The notes beneath the pieces were generated by a model. That model was given only the letters and a program-made list of their open reading frames with translations, was not told the DNA's origin and made no database searches. DNA of 64,000 nucleotides, taken from contig JAYZFK010000094.1 of NCBI GenBank assembly GCA_036336835.1, forward strand, positions 1-64,000. Reading direction: 5' to 3'. The position numbers and the translations under genes were made by a program. This DNA comes from Myxococcota bacterium. Lineage in GTDB: Bacteria; Myxococcota_A; UBA9160; UBA4427. Positions 9,875 through 19,255 of this stretch are shown piece by piece; the stretch's first letter is position 1; each line of letters opens with the position of its first letter.

Positions 9875-11212
9875 TCAGCGCGCCGGCGGCGTGAAGCGCA
9901 CCGGCAACGCAACCGGTCCGCGCACCAGGAACGAGCCGTGGCGTTCGATCGGTCCCCGCGCCGTGATCCGCCAGTCCGGGCATCGGACGAGCAGCGTCTC
10001 CAACGCGATCCGGGCCTCCAGGCGCGCCAGCGACGCGCCCAGACAGAAGTGGTTGCCGAGACCAAACGCCAGATGGCCCTGCGCGTTGCGCTCGATGTCG
10101 AAGCGATCGGGCTGGTCGAATATCGCGTCGTCGCGGTTCGCCGCGCCGAGCAGGACGAGCACCATCGATCCCTTCGGCAGCTCGACCCCGCCGATCTGCG
10201 TCGCGCACTCGGTCACGCGCATCAGCAACTGGATCGGCGAGTCGTAGCGCAGCGTCTCCTCGAGCAGCTGCGGAATCCTTCCGGGATCCGCACGCAGCAG
10301 CGCCGCCTGATCGGGGTCGGCACGGAGCGCGAGCAGGGCGTTGCCGATCAGGTTGGTCGTCGTCTCGGAACCTGCGGCCAGCAACAGACTCGCGAAGCCA
10401 ACCACCTGCTCTGGATCGAGGACCCCCTCCTCCTCCTGGGCGTGAACCAGCAGCGAGATCAAGTCCTCTCCGGGGGTATTGCTGCGTTCCCGTGCGATGC
10501 CTGTCATGTACTTCCGAAACTCTCGAAAGAGCTCGAACTGTGGCACGGCGCCGGCCTGGGTCGATCCGATGATCAGCGCCGTCGACCAGCGCTTGAAGTC
10601 TTCGCGCCGGGCAGGATCGAGACCCAGCAGCTCCGCGATCACCGCGACCGGCAGCGGGTTGGTGAACGCCTCGACCAGGTCGCACTCGCCGCGTGCCTCG
10701 AAGCGAGCCACCAGTTCGTCCGCCAGCTTGCGGATGCGCGGCTCGATCTCCGCGATGCGCCGCGGCGTGAAGCCGCGGTTGACGGTCGCCCGATGCGCCG
10801 TGTGCTCGGGCGGATCGAGCCCGATCAGCGAGCCGTCGGTCGGCGCCGGCTCGCCTCCCGGCGGTCGCGATCCGGCGCCACCCATCGCCTTCGACGAGAA
10901 GATCTCGGGGTGCCGCAGCACGTAGCTCACGTCGGCGTGGCGCGAGACCGCGTAGAGCTGCCGCCGCAGCGGACCGAACGCCTCCCGCGCCTCGGACTGC
11001 TGCGCCCGCGCGCGGCGCATCTGCCACGCCGTGCGCACCAGCCCGGGTGCACCGGAGGCCCGCCGCATCGCCGAGAAGCGTCGCAGCAAGCCGAGCAGCG
11101 CGAGCGGACCGATGCGGACCCGGTGCACGGGCGACTCGGCACGCAGCTGGGCGTAGGTCGCGTACGGGTCCTGCAAGAAGGCCGGATCGAAGGGCTGGAA
11201 GCGGACGCTCAT
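9875..11212 (-). CDS. Cytochrome P450
   Basis: AAGSETT I-helix, EETLR (ExxR), HLAFGLGNHFCLG heme motif. Confidence 0.93.
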   Translation of the reverse strand: MSVRFQPFDPAFLQDPYATYAQLRAESPVHRVRIGPLALLGLLRRFSAMRRASGAPGLVRTAWQMRRARAQQSEAREAFGPLRRQLYAVSRHADVSYVLRHPEIFSSKAMGGAGSRPPGGEPAPTDGSLIGLDPPEHTAHRATVNRGFTPRRIAEIEPRIRKLADELVARFEARGECDLVEAFTNPLPVAVIAELLGLDPARREDFKRWSTALIIGSTQAGAVPQFELFREFRKYMTGIARERSNTPGEDLISLLVHAQEEEGVLDPEQVVGFASLLLAAGSETTTNLIGNALLALRADPDQAALLRADPGRIPQLLEETLRYDSPIQLLMRVTECATQIGGVELPKGSMVLVLLGAANRDDAIFDQPDRFDIERNAQGHLAFGLGNHFCLGASLARLEARIALETLLVRCPDWRITARGPIERHGSFLVRGPVALPVRFTPPAR

Positions 11213-11311
11213 GGGACTCTCTCTTCGCACTCCGGGCTTGATGCTAGCGCCAATGGGCGGCGGCGTGGTCGCGCGCTATTCCTCCGGGAACGACCTCAGG
11301 AGGACCAGTCC

Positions 11312-12193
11312 ATGCGCTTCTTCTACGGACCGCGACCGCATCTCGACCAGATGCGGCGCGAGTACGAGAGCCGCTGCTATTCACGGATCGAGGTCCGACC
11401 CTGTAACGCCACCATCGGCGCCGAGATCGCCGGCGTCCAGCTCGCCGAGGTGGACGATCAGAGCTTCGCCGAGATCGAGCAGGCCTTCCTGGACTACAAG
11501 GTGCTGTTCTTTCGCGGCCAGCAGCTCGACACGGCCAGTCACCTCGCCTTCGCGCGCCGCTTCGGCGAGCTGGAAGAGCATCCCTTCCTGCCGACCAGCG
11601 GCAGCGACGCGGCGCTGGTTCGTTTCGAGAAGAGCGAGGAGGTGACCGGGGTCGAGAACCAGTGGCACACCGACGTGAGCTGGCGCGAACGCCCAGCGCT
11701 CGGATCACTGCTGCGCGCGATCGAGGTGCCGCCGTACGGCGGCGACACCCTGTTCGCCGACATGCATGCGGCCTACGAAGGTCTCCCCGGGAAGCTGCGC
11801 GAGCGCGTCGATGGGCTCGAGGCCATTCACGACTTCAGCTTCTCGTTCGGTCTCGCGCTGGACCCGGAGACGAAGAAACAGCGGCAGCAGGAGTTTCCGC
11901 CGGTCGCACATCCGCTGGTACGCACCCATCCGGTGACCGGCAAGAAGGCGCTCTACGCGTGCAAGGTCTTCACCAGCCACATCGTCGGTCTGGAGCCCGC
12001 GGAGAGCCACGAGCTCCTCGAGCGACTGTACGATGAGGCGACCGTTCCCGAGTACCAGTGCCGCTTCCACTGGGAGGCCGACAGCGTGGCGCTCTGGGAC
12101 AACCGCAGCGTGCAGCACTACGCCTCGAACGACTACTGGCCCCACCGGCGCGTGATGGAACGCGCGGCGATCACCGGCGACCGCCCGGTCTGA
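11312..12193 (+). CDS. TauD/TfdA family Fe(II)/2OG dioxygenase
   Basis: WHTDVSW, GGDTLFAD, HPLVRTHP, WDNRSVQHY; AGGAGG RBS. True start lies inside the longer track ORF. Confidence 0.92.
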   Translation: MRFFYGPRPHLDQMRREYESRCYSRIEVRPCNATIGAEIAGVQLAEVDDQSFAEIEQAFLDYKVLFFRGQQLDTASHLAFARRFGELEEHPFLPTSGSDAALVRFEKSEEVTGVENQWHTDVSWRERPALGSLLRAIEVPPYGGDTLFADMHAAYEGLPGKLRERVDGLEAIHDFSFSFGLALDPETKKQRQQEFPPVAHPLVRTHPVTGKKALYACKVFTSHIVGLEPAESHELLERLYDEATVPEYQCRFHWEADSVALWDNRSVQHYASNDYWPHRRVMERAAITGDRPV

Positions 12194-12243
12194 GCGCGCG
12201 GCTCCACTCGCGAGAGCATCTACCCTGAGCGCAGCGGCAGGGG

Positions 12244-13479
12244 CTACACGCCCACCACGAAGCTCACGCTGGTCGTGCCGCTCCCGCCGATGTTGAGCGT
12301 CTGGACGTTCTTTGCGCCCTCGATCTGGTAGTCGCCGGCCTCGCCCGCCACCTGCAGGTGTGCGTCGAGCAGCTGTCGCACGCCGGTCGCGCCCACCGGA
12401 TGCCCGGCGCCGATCAGACCGCCGCTCGGGTTGATCGGGTGCTTGCCGTCGATTTCGAGCCAGCCCTCCTCGACGGCCTTCCAGCTCTCGCCGGGCTTGG
12501 TGATGCCGAAGTGATCGATGGCCATGTACTCGGAGGTGGTGAAGCAGTCGTGCGTCTCGATTGCATCGAGGTCGCTCACATCGGCCAGCCCGGCGCGCTT
12601 CATGGCCGCGGAGACGGTCGAGCGCACGTGCGGCAGCACGTACTCGGCATCGGCACTCTCGGCGACCTTGTCGGCAAAGCGTAGACGAGCGGTGTTGTGG
12701 CCCCAGCCCTTGATGCGCGGAATCTGCTCGAGCTTGAGCGCCCGCCCCCGTCCCCAGCCCTCGGCATACTCGCGCGAGGCGAGGAATACGCAGACCGCGC
12801 CATCGGTCACCTGCGAGCAGTCGGCGATGCGGATGCGACCGCCCACCGCCGGATTGTCCTCCGTGCGACACAACGCGTGCTCCTTGTTCATGTACCAGGT
12901 GCGTGTCTGCGCGTTGGGGTTCCGCTTGGCGTTGTCGTAGTTGATGCGGCTGATCTCGGCGAGGTGCTCGTCCGCCAGTCCGTAGCGCTTGTCGTACTCG
13001 TCGCCGAGCTTGCCGAACAGCTTGGGGAAGGGAAACTCGATGTCCTTGGCCTCTTCCTCGTACCAGGCTGCGGTTCCGAGGAAGGCGCCGCCCTCGCCCG
13101 GCGACACGGTCTTCATCTGCTCGATGCCGACCACCGCCTGGAGGTCGTAGCGGCCGGCCTCGATCTCGGCCGACGCGGCCAGCAGGGCAATGCTGCCCGA
13201 GGCGCAGGCGGCCTCGTGGCGACTGGTGGGCAGTCCGCTGAAAGCGGGATCGACCTCGGTGAAGAAGGCGCCGAGATGGCCCTGCATGCAGTAGAGCTCC
13301 GCCGCAAAGTTTCCGACGTGCGCGCTCTCGACCTCCTCCGGCGCGATGTCGCAGGCCTGGAGTGCGCCCTGGACGCCTTCGCGCATCAGTGCGGAGAAGT
13401 GCTTGCCCTCCTTCGTCCAGTTTCGGGCGAAGTCGGTCTGATAGCCACCGAGTACGTAGACTTCCGAGCCAGCTGCCAT
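12244..13479 (-). CDS. Thiolase (acetyl-CoA acetyltransferase, SCP2-type HDCF subfamily)
   Basis: [31 protein letters not shown]. Confidence 0.92.
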   Translation of the reverse strand: MAAGSEVYVLGGYQTDFARNWTKEGKHFSALMREGVQGALQACDIAPEEVESAHVGNFAAELYCMQGHLGAFFTEVDPAFSGLPTSRHEAACASGSIALLAASAEIEAGRYDLQAVVGIEQMKTVSPGEGGAFLGTAAWYEEEAKDIEFPFPKLFGKLGDEYDKRYGLADEHLAEISRINYDNAKRNPNAQTRTWYMNKEHALCRTEDNPAVGGRIRIADCSQVTDGAVCVFLASREYAEGWGRGRALKLEQIPRIKGWGHNTARLRFADKVAESADAEYVLPHVRSTVSAAMKRAGLADVSDLDAIETHDCFTTSEYMAIDHFGITKPGESWKAVEEGWLEIDGKHPINPSGGLIGAGHPVGATGVRQLLDAHLQVAGEAGDYQIEGAKNVQTLNIGGSGTTSVSFVVGV

Positions 13480-13529
13480 GATGGTGTTCCTCTTTCTCGG
13501 TCCGGATGCGCAGTTCGCCGTGCCCGGCC

Positions 13530-14867
13530 TCAGCCGGCGACGAAGAACTTCCCGATGTTGATGTGACGATGCGCAAACACGCGCTTTCCGTCCTCGGCCA
13601 CGGCGATCAGAGCCGGAGGCACGGGAAGACCGGCCTCCTCGATCATGCCGATCGCTCCGCGGGGCGTCATGACGTCGACCAGCACGCCGGGCGGCGCCCA
13701 GTTGAAGCCCATGCCCACGATGCGATCGATCTCGTCGATCCCATCGGCGACCTCACCGACGCGGTGGAAGGCGTACGAGATGTAGCCGCCAATCACGCGG
13801 CGCGCGATCCGGGCGTACTCGTCGTCGGCCGACAGGAAGACCTGCATGCCTTCGGCGTAGCGCCCCTGGGCGTATAGACTGGCAACCTCGTCGATGTAGC
13901 CGAGCTTCGGCAGCTCGATGTCCGAGACGGGCCTGTAGTCGCCGGTCGCGATGTCGAGCGCCAATCGCGACTTGCCGTCGCGCTTGAAGAAGCCCCCGCC
14001 GCTCTTGTCACCGAGCACGCCCTTGCCCATCAACCCCGCCATGAAGTCGGGCAGCCGGTTGGTCTCGCGGGCCTCGTCATCACACTGCTCGTAGACGTTG
14101 TCGACGATGGCGCGGTGAATGTCCCAGCCAACGAGATCGATCGTCGCGAGCGGCGTCAGGGCTCGGCCGGTGTAGGGTCCGATCACCTTGTCTGTCAGCA
14201 CCGGACCGAGTTGCGCCGCGAGCTGCGCGGCCTCATTGAGCACCTTGAAGCCGACGCGATTGCCGGCGAAGCCAGGCGTGTCGTACGTGCGAATCATCTC
14301 GCGCCCGAGTCGCACGCGCGAGAACGCCTCGACGAAGTCGACCACCTCAGGATCGGTGTCCCCACCTGCGATCAGCTCGGTCCCGACGATCACGTTCGGC
14401 GGGTTGAAGAAGTGGAGCCCGAGGAAGTGTTTGCGGAACGACTCGCCACGCCCCTCGCACAGCCGATTGATCGACAGTCCGGAGGTGACCGTGGCGATGA
14501 TCGCGGTGTCGCGACGGTACTCGGCGACACGGTCGAACATCTCGTTCTTGATCGCGAGATCCTCGGTCAGCGCCTCGAACACGAGATCGGCGGTCGCGAG
14601 CGCGCTCTCGAGATCATCGTAGCTGCCGCACTCCGAGGCCGACGCCACGGTGGGCGACCGGACCTGCTTGATCGCCGCGGCAAGGCCGGCTTCGGCCTTC
14701 TCCGTGCTGCGGGCGAGGAAGGTCACTCGGGGGACGGCGTGCGTGAACAGCGCGGCGCTGCCATAGCCCATCGTGCCGTTGGCACCGAGCACCACGACGT
14801 GCTCGATCTTCCGGGTCTCCGCGAGGCGGCGGACCTCGCCGGCCGGGAGGGGTTGGGTTCCGGGCAT
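13530..14867 (-). CDS. 3-hydroxyacyl-CoA dehydrogenase family protein
   Basis: LGANGTMG Rossmann motif, [38 protein letters not shown]. Confidence 0.9.
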   Translation of the reverse strand: MPGTQPLPAGEVRRLAETRKIEHVVVLGANGTMGYGSAALFTHAVPRVTFLARSTEKAEAGLAAAIKQVRSPTVASASECGSYDDLESALATADLVFEALTEDLAIKNEMFDRVAEYRRDTAIIATVTSGLSINRLCEGRGESFRKHFLGLHFFNPPNVIVGTELIAGGDTDPEVVDFVEAFSRVRLGREMIRTYDTPGFAGNRVGFKVLNEAAQLAAQLGPVLTDKVIGPYTGRALTPLATIDLVGWDIHRAIVDNVYEQCDDEARETNRLPDFMAGLMGKGVLGDKSGGGFFKRDGKSRLALDIATGDYRPVSDIELPKLGYIDEVASLYAQGRYAEGMQVFLSADDEYARIARRVIGGYISYAFHRVGEVADGIDEIDRIVGMGFNWAPPGVLVDVMTPRGAIGMIEEAGLPVPPALIAVAEDGKRVFAHRHINIGKFFVAG

Positions 14868-15101
14868 GGAGTCTTCCTTCGGCTCGCTACGGGTCGAGAT
14901 CGAGGCGACCCAGCCGATGGACCGCGCAGCCAGTTAGGGTGCGCCGCCCGATCCGCTGCGTCAATGCAACTGCTCAACATCGAAGCGGATTCGGGCGGCT
15001 CCACGTTCCGCAGAGTGGACCTCGTCCGAGTAGCCACGCTGTCGCTCGCGGCATCTCGGCGACAGCTCGCCGACTCGGAGTCAGTGGGTATCCTGGGCCT
15101 C

Positions 15102-15938
15102 GTGCTAGGTCCGACCGATCTCGTATTGAGCTCTGGCGCCGTCGGCAACCCGCCGCTCGCCGAGCTGATCGATGCCGCTCACGCGGGGCAATTCGCCGGT
15201 CTCACGCTCTGGCCCGCGTCCTACCACCCGGAGCAGGCGAGCGCCGAGCCGCTCCGCGAGGCGGCTCGGCGGCTGGCCGACAGCGGTCTCGAGGTCCAGG
15301 ACGTCGATGCGGCCGTTGTGTGGGCCGGCCCGGACGATCCCGGCAGCCCGTACTTCGAGGAGGCCCCCGAACGTGCCGTGCTCGAGCTGGCCAGCGCAGT
15401 GGCGGCTCGCGGTGTCAATCTGATCGTGGCCGGCGCGAGCGAGACACCGCTCGAGACTGTCGTCGCCGCCTTCGCCGCCGCCTGCGACCGCGCCGCCGAC
15501 CACGGCCTGCGGGTGCACCTCGAGTTCAGCCGCTCGCGGACACCGCCCGACCTCCTCGGTGCGAGCCGGGTCGTTGCGCAGGCCGGCCGTCCGAACGGCG
15601 GCATCATGCTCGACGCCTGGCACGTGCACTGGGGCCCGGGCTCGTTCGGCGACCTCGCCGACGTGCCGGGCGAGCGAATCGGCGGCGTTCAGCTGTCCGA
15701 CGCGCCCGCGCGCGAGCCCGATGACTACGCCCACGCCACCCGCCACGCGCGGCTGTTGCCGGGCCACGGCACCGCCGATCTCGCAGCGCTGCTGTTCCAG
15801 CTCGATCGCATCGGCAGCCCGGCACCACTCAGCCTCGAGGTCTTCGACACGCATCACGTCGAACGCGTCGGCGCCCGCACATTCGCTCGCGAGATGGCAG
15901 AGGCAACGCGCGCGCTGCTGCACGACTCAGGTCCGTGA
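15102..15938 (+). CDS. Sugar phosphate isomerase/epimerase family (xylose isomerase-like TIM barrel)
   Basis: VHLEF, MLDAWHV, VQLSD, RLLPGHG, SLEVF; TATCCT -10 box 7 nt upstream of GTG. Confidence 0.8.
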   Translation: MLGPTDLVLSSGAVGNPPLAELIDAAHAGQFAGLTLWPASYHPEQASAEPLREAARRLADSGLEVQDVDAAVVWAGPDDPGSPYFEEAPERAVLELASAVAARGVNLIVAGASETPLETVVAAFAAACDRAADHGLRVHLEFSRSRTPPDLLGASRVVAQAGRPNGGIMLDAWHVHWGPGSFGDLADVPGERIGGVQLSDAPAREPDDYAHATRHARLLPGHGTADLAALLFQLDRIGSPAPLSLEVFDTHHVERVGARTFAREMAEATRALLHDSGP

Positions 15939-16502
15939 CTCCGCCTCCTCGCGCAGCCGGACCGGGCCGAAGCCTTCGGGATAGCGCCCGCACTTGTCGG
16001 CGTAGAACGCGCGGATCACATCCATGTCCGCAGCGATGTCGCCGCTCGGCTCGACATAGCTGCCAAAGCCGCCCCTCTTCGTCCGGTAGTCGAGATAGCC
16101 GAAGTAGATCGGTACCCGGGCCTCGGCTGCGATCCGATAGAAGCCCGATCTCCAGTGGTCTGCGCGCGAGCGCGTTGCTTCGGGCGGCACGGTCAGTATC
16201 AGACGCTCGCGGCTGGCGAACACCTCCGTCATCTGGTGCACCAGATCGTTGCTACGACCGCGATGCACCGCAACGCCGCCGAGCGCGCGCGCCAGGGGCC
16301 CGAGCGGACCGCGGAACAACGTGTGCTTGCCCATCCAGGAGAGCTGGATCCCACTCGCCCAGGCGAGCGTCAGCAGATGCAGCAGGTCCCAGTTGCTGGT
16401 GTGGGGAGCGGCGATCAGCACGCAGCGCGGGGCTTCGGGCAGCGGCCCCTCCCGTTGCCAGCCCGTGAGAGTGGTCACAAGCTTTCCGAGCAGCCGCAAC
16501 AT
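15927..16502 (-). CDS. Lysophospholipid acyltransferase (PlsC-like)
   Basis: APHTSNWD, PPEATR, GFYRIA. Confidence 0.88.
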   Translation of the reverse strand: MLRLLGKLVTTLTGWQREGPLPEAPRCVLIAAPHTSNWDLLHLLTLAWASGIQLSWMGKHTLFRGPLGPLARALGGVAVHRGRSNDLVHQMTEVFASRERLILTVPPEATRSRADHWRSGFYRIAAEARVPIYFGYLDYRTKRGGFGSYVEPSGDIAADMDVIRAFYADKCGRYPEGFGPVRLREEAESRT

Positions 16503-16661
16503 CGCCGGCGCTTCCTCCCGAACCGCCCAGGCTAGCAGTTCGTCCGTGCATCGAGCGGCGCCGCAGCACGGAACGGCTCGGGCACGGGGTAGCCCGCCCC
16601 GCCGGCCTCGGGGTTGCGCTACCCGTTGGTCGTCGATCCAGACGCCGGGAGCGTGGCCCGC

Positions 16662-17795
16662 GTGAGCGCGACGAGCAGTTCCGCCATCTCGAACGCAATG
16701 CTCGAGCACTACTGGCAGCACGGCTACACCGTGGCTCGAAACCTGGTGCCCACCGAGGACCTCGAGCGCTATCTCTGCCGGCTCGAAGACATCGTCCTGG
16801 GACGCGTCCAGCCCGCCGAGGGCATGCTGGTCATGAAGGATGTGATGGTGGCGCGCGGGGTCGTCTCGCCGGCGAGCCGGCTCGAGGCCATCGCCAAGCT
16901 ACAGGACTACGAGTGCGACCCGGTGCTCGACGAGTACCGTCGTCACCCAGCCGTGCTCGACGGCGCCGAACGCATCGTCGGTGGCGACATCATGACCATC
17001 CACACCATGCTGATCAACAAGCCACCCAACGTGGACGGCCGCCATCCCCTGCACCAGGACCTGCTCTACTTTCCCTTTCGCCCGGCCGACTCGATCGTGG
17101 CCAGCTGGACCGCCCTCGAGCCCACCACCCCGGACAACGGCTGCCTGGTCGTGGTACCGGGCTCGCACCGCGGTGAACTGCTGACTCACGGCGCTCCGGA
17201 AGGCGCGGACTGGAAGTACCTCAACGGCGGCTACTTCGGCGCGCGGGACGTCGCCCGAGTGGTCGACGAGCGCGTCCACCTGTCGATGGCGCCGGGCGAC
17301 ACTGTCTTCTTCCACCCGATCCTGCTGCATGGCTCGGGCCGCAACCGCACGTCCGGGTTTCGGCGCGCGATCTCCGCGCACTACGCCCACACTGGCTGCA
17401 CGTGGGAGTGGGGCACGCCGGATCGCCGGGGACGTCGCTACCTGATCGTTCGCGGCGAGGGAACGGGTGGCGAGTGGAACGGCGATCGCAACCCCAGCCA
17501 CCCGCTGGACCCGCTCGACTACCTGCGGCGCTCGCCGAACGCCCCGCTCGCTCGCAGCGCGGCGATTTCGGGCTCGCCGAGCCCGAGCTCGCGGCACACC
17601 TCGTCGGCGTGCTCGCCGAGCAGGGGCGCCGGTCTGGTGAGAGCCGCCGGGGTGTCGCTGAAGTCTGCCGCGGGCCGCGGCTGGCGCAGTCTTCCCGCGT
17701 GTGGGTGGTCGCTCTCGACCACCAGCTCGTTGGCGACGATCTGCGGATGGCGGATCACCTCGGCCAGCGGCAGGATCGGCGCGCAGGGCACCTGA
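16662..17795 (+). CDS. Phytanoyl-CoA dioxygenase (PhyH) family protein with extended C-terminus
   Basis: HTMLINKPP, HPLHQDLLYFPFRP, NGCLVVVPGSH, FFHPILLHGSG. The last ~92 codons overlap the convergent CoA-transferase. Start approximate. Confidence 0.85.
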   Translation: MSATSSSAISNAMLEHYWQHGYTVARNLVPTEDLERYLCRLEDIVLGRVQPAEGMLVMKDVMVARGVVSPASRLEAIAKLQDYECDPVLDEYRRHPAVLDGAERIVGGDIMTIHTMLINKPPNVDGRHPLHQDLLYFPFRPADSIVASWTALEPTTPDNGCLVVVPGSHRGELLTHGAPEGADWKYLNGGYFGARDVARVVDERVHLSMAPGDTVFFHPILLHGSGRNRTSGFRRAISAHYAHTGCTWEWGTPDRRGRRYLIVRGEGTGGEWNGDRNPSHPLDPLDYLRRSPNAPLARSAAISGSPSPSSRHTSSACSPSRGAGLVRAAGVSLKSAAGRGWRSLPACGWSLSTTSSLATICGWRITSASGRIGAQGT

Positions 17796-18715
17796 TGCGC
17801 GTCGAACCTCTCGAGCCAATCGGCCGTCGTGCGCGTGCGCAGCACGTCGGCTGTCTGCTCGAGCCGCTCCTTGGCGTAGGCGACACGCAGCGCCGGCGTG
17901 CGGAAGCGATCGTCATCCAGCCACTCGGGGTGACCGAGGGCGCTGGTGAGTCCGTGCCACTCGGAGTCGGACACCGCGCCCGCGGTCATGTAGCCATCGG
18001 CCGTCTCGAACACCAGGTCCTGCGCCAGGGCGGCGCGCGGGGGCGTACCCGGTGCGCCCAAGAAGGTCTGTCCGGCCATGCCCTCGGGCCAGGCCAGGGC
18101 GACCATCGCGTCGAGCATCGACAAGCGCACGTGCTGACCCACGCCGCTTCGCTCGCGGCCGAGTAGCGCGGCGGTGATGGCCTGCGCGGCGGTCAACGCC
18201 GTCACCTTGTCGGGCACGATCAGCCGCACCATGCGCGGGCGTCCCTCGCCGCGGTCGCCCTGGATCGTCGCCAGCCCCGAGAGCGCCTGGATCAGCGGGT
18301 CGTACACGCGCTTGTGTGCGTACGGACCGGTCTCGCCAAAGCCGCAGATCGCCACCGTCACGAGCCGCGGATTGCGCGCTCGCAGCAGCTCGTGACCGAA
18401 GCCCATCCGCTCGATCGTGCCGGGCCTGAAGTTCTGGACGAACACGTCGGCCCAGTCGACGAGTCGCCACAGCAGCGCGCGACCGCCTTCGGACTTGAGA
18501 TCGAGCGCGATCGAGCGCTTGTTGCGGTTGGCCGTGACGAACGTCGCAGACAAGCCCTGCTTGGTGGAGCCCAGGTGCCGCACCAGGTCGCCGCCTCCGG
18601 GCGTCTCGACCTTGATCACGTCGGCGCCCTGATCGGCGAGCCACATGGTCGCGAGCGGCCCCGAGATCATGGTCGAGAGATCCACGATCCGATAGCCGTC
18701 GAGCGGGCCGGGCAT
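17519..18715 (-). CDS. CaiB/BaiF family (class III) CoA-transferase
   Basis: GPLDGYRIVDLS, GADVIKVE, NRNKRS, NFRPG, APLLGEH. Confidence 0.93.
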   Translation of the reverse strand: MPGPLDGYRIVDLSTMISGPLATMWLADQGADVIKVETPGGGDLVRHLGSTKQGLSATFVTANRNKRSIALDLKSEGGRALLWRLVDWADVFVQNFRPGTIERMGFGHELLRARNPRLVTVAICGFGETGPYAHKRVYDPLIQALSGLATIQGDRGEGRPRMVRLIVPDKVTALTAAQAITAALLGRERSGVGQHVRLSMLDAMVALAWPEGMAGQTFLGAPGTPPRAALAQDLVFETADGYMTAGAVSDSEWHGLTSALGHPEWLDDDRFRTPALRVAYAKERLEQTADVLRTRTTADWLERFDAHQVPCAPILPLAEVIRHPQIVANELVVESDHPHAGRLRQPRPAADFSDTPAALTRPAPLLGEHADEVCRELGLGEPEIAALRASGAFGERRR

Positions 18716-18819
18716 GCGGCCACCGTAGCAAGCTGGTGGGACGGCCAGCCCGGGAATCCCCCGACCCGCGTGGTAGGCTGCCGCTGCCTGTGCGAACAAG
18801 CTACCCAGGAGGAGATTTC

Positions 18820-19236
18820 GTGGCCCAGACCAATGTGACGCGCACCCTGGATGCCAGTCCCGACGAGCTGTGGGCCGTGGTCCGCGCCTTCGACGAAGTG
18901 AGCTGGATTCCGGGAGGTGAGAACGCCGAGATCCGGGGCGAGGGCATCGGCCAGCTCCGCATCTTCCAGGGGCCGGATGGCAAGGTGCACGAGCAACTCG
19001 AGGCACGCGACGACGCAGCCCGCAGCCTGACCTACTCGATCCCGGAAGGCGTCCCCTTCCCGGTGACCGGCTACCAGGCGACCATGCTCGTGACCGATGA
19101 CGGCGGCAAGGGCCGCCTCTCCTGGAGCTGCCAGTACGAGCCCGACGGCGTATCGGAAGAAGAAGCCAGCAAGGCAATCGACACCATGTACGGCGTCATG
19201 CTCGGCTGGGTCGAGGATCTGCTGAAGAAGGGCTAG
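18820..19236 (+). CDS. SRPBCC (polyketide cyclase/START-like) family protein
   Basis: ASPDELWAVVRAF...WIPG...RSLTYSI pattern; AGGAG RBS. Confidence 0.85.
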   Translation: MAQTNVTRTLDASPDELWAVVRAFDEVSWIPGGENAEIRGEGIGQLRIFQGPDGKVHEQLEARDDAARSLTYSIPEGVPFPVTGYQATMLVTDDGGKGRLSWSCQYEPDGVSEEEASKAIDTMYGVMLGWVEDLLKKG

Positions 19237-19255
19237 CAGCCGCTCCTCCCCGGGC

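Noticed and set aside
9938..12193. 751-aa ORF (apparent long N-terminal extension on TauD)
   Set aside because: The extension is antisense to the P450. The real start is ATG 11312 with an AGGAGG RBS.
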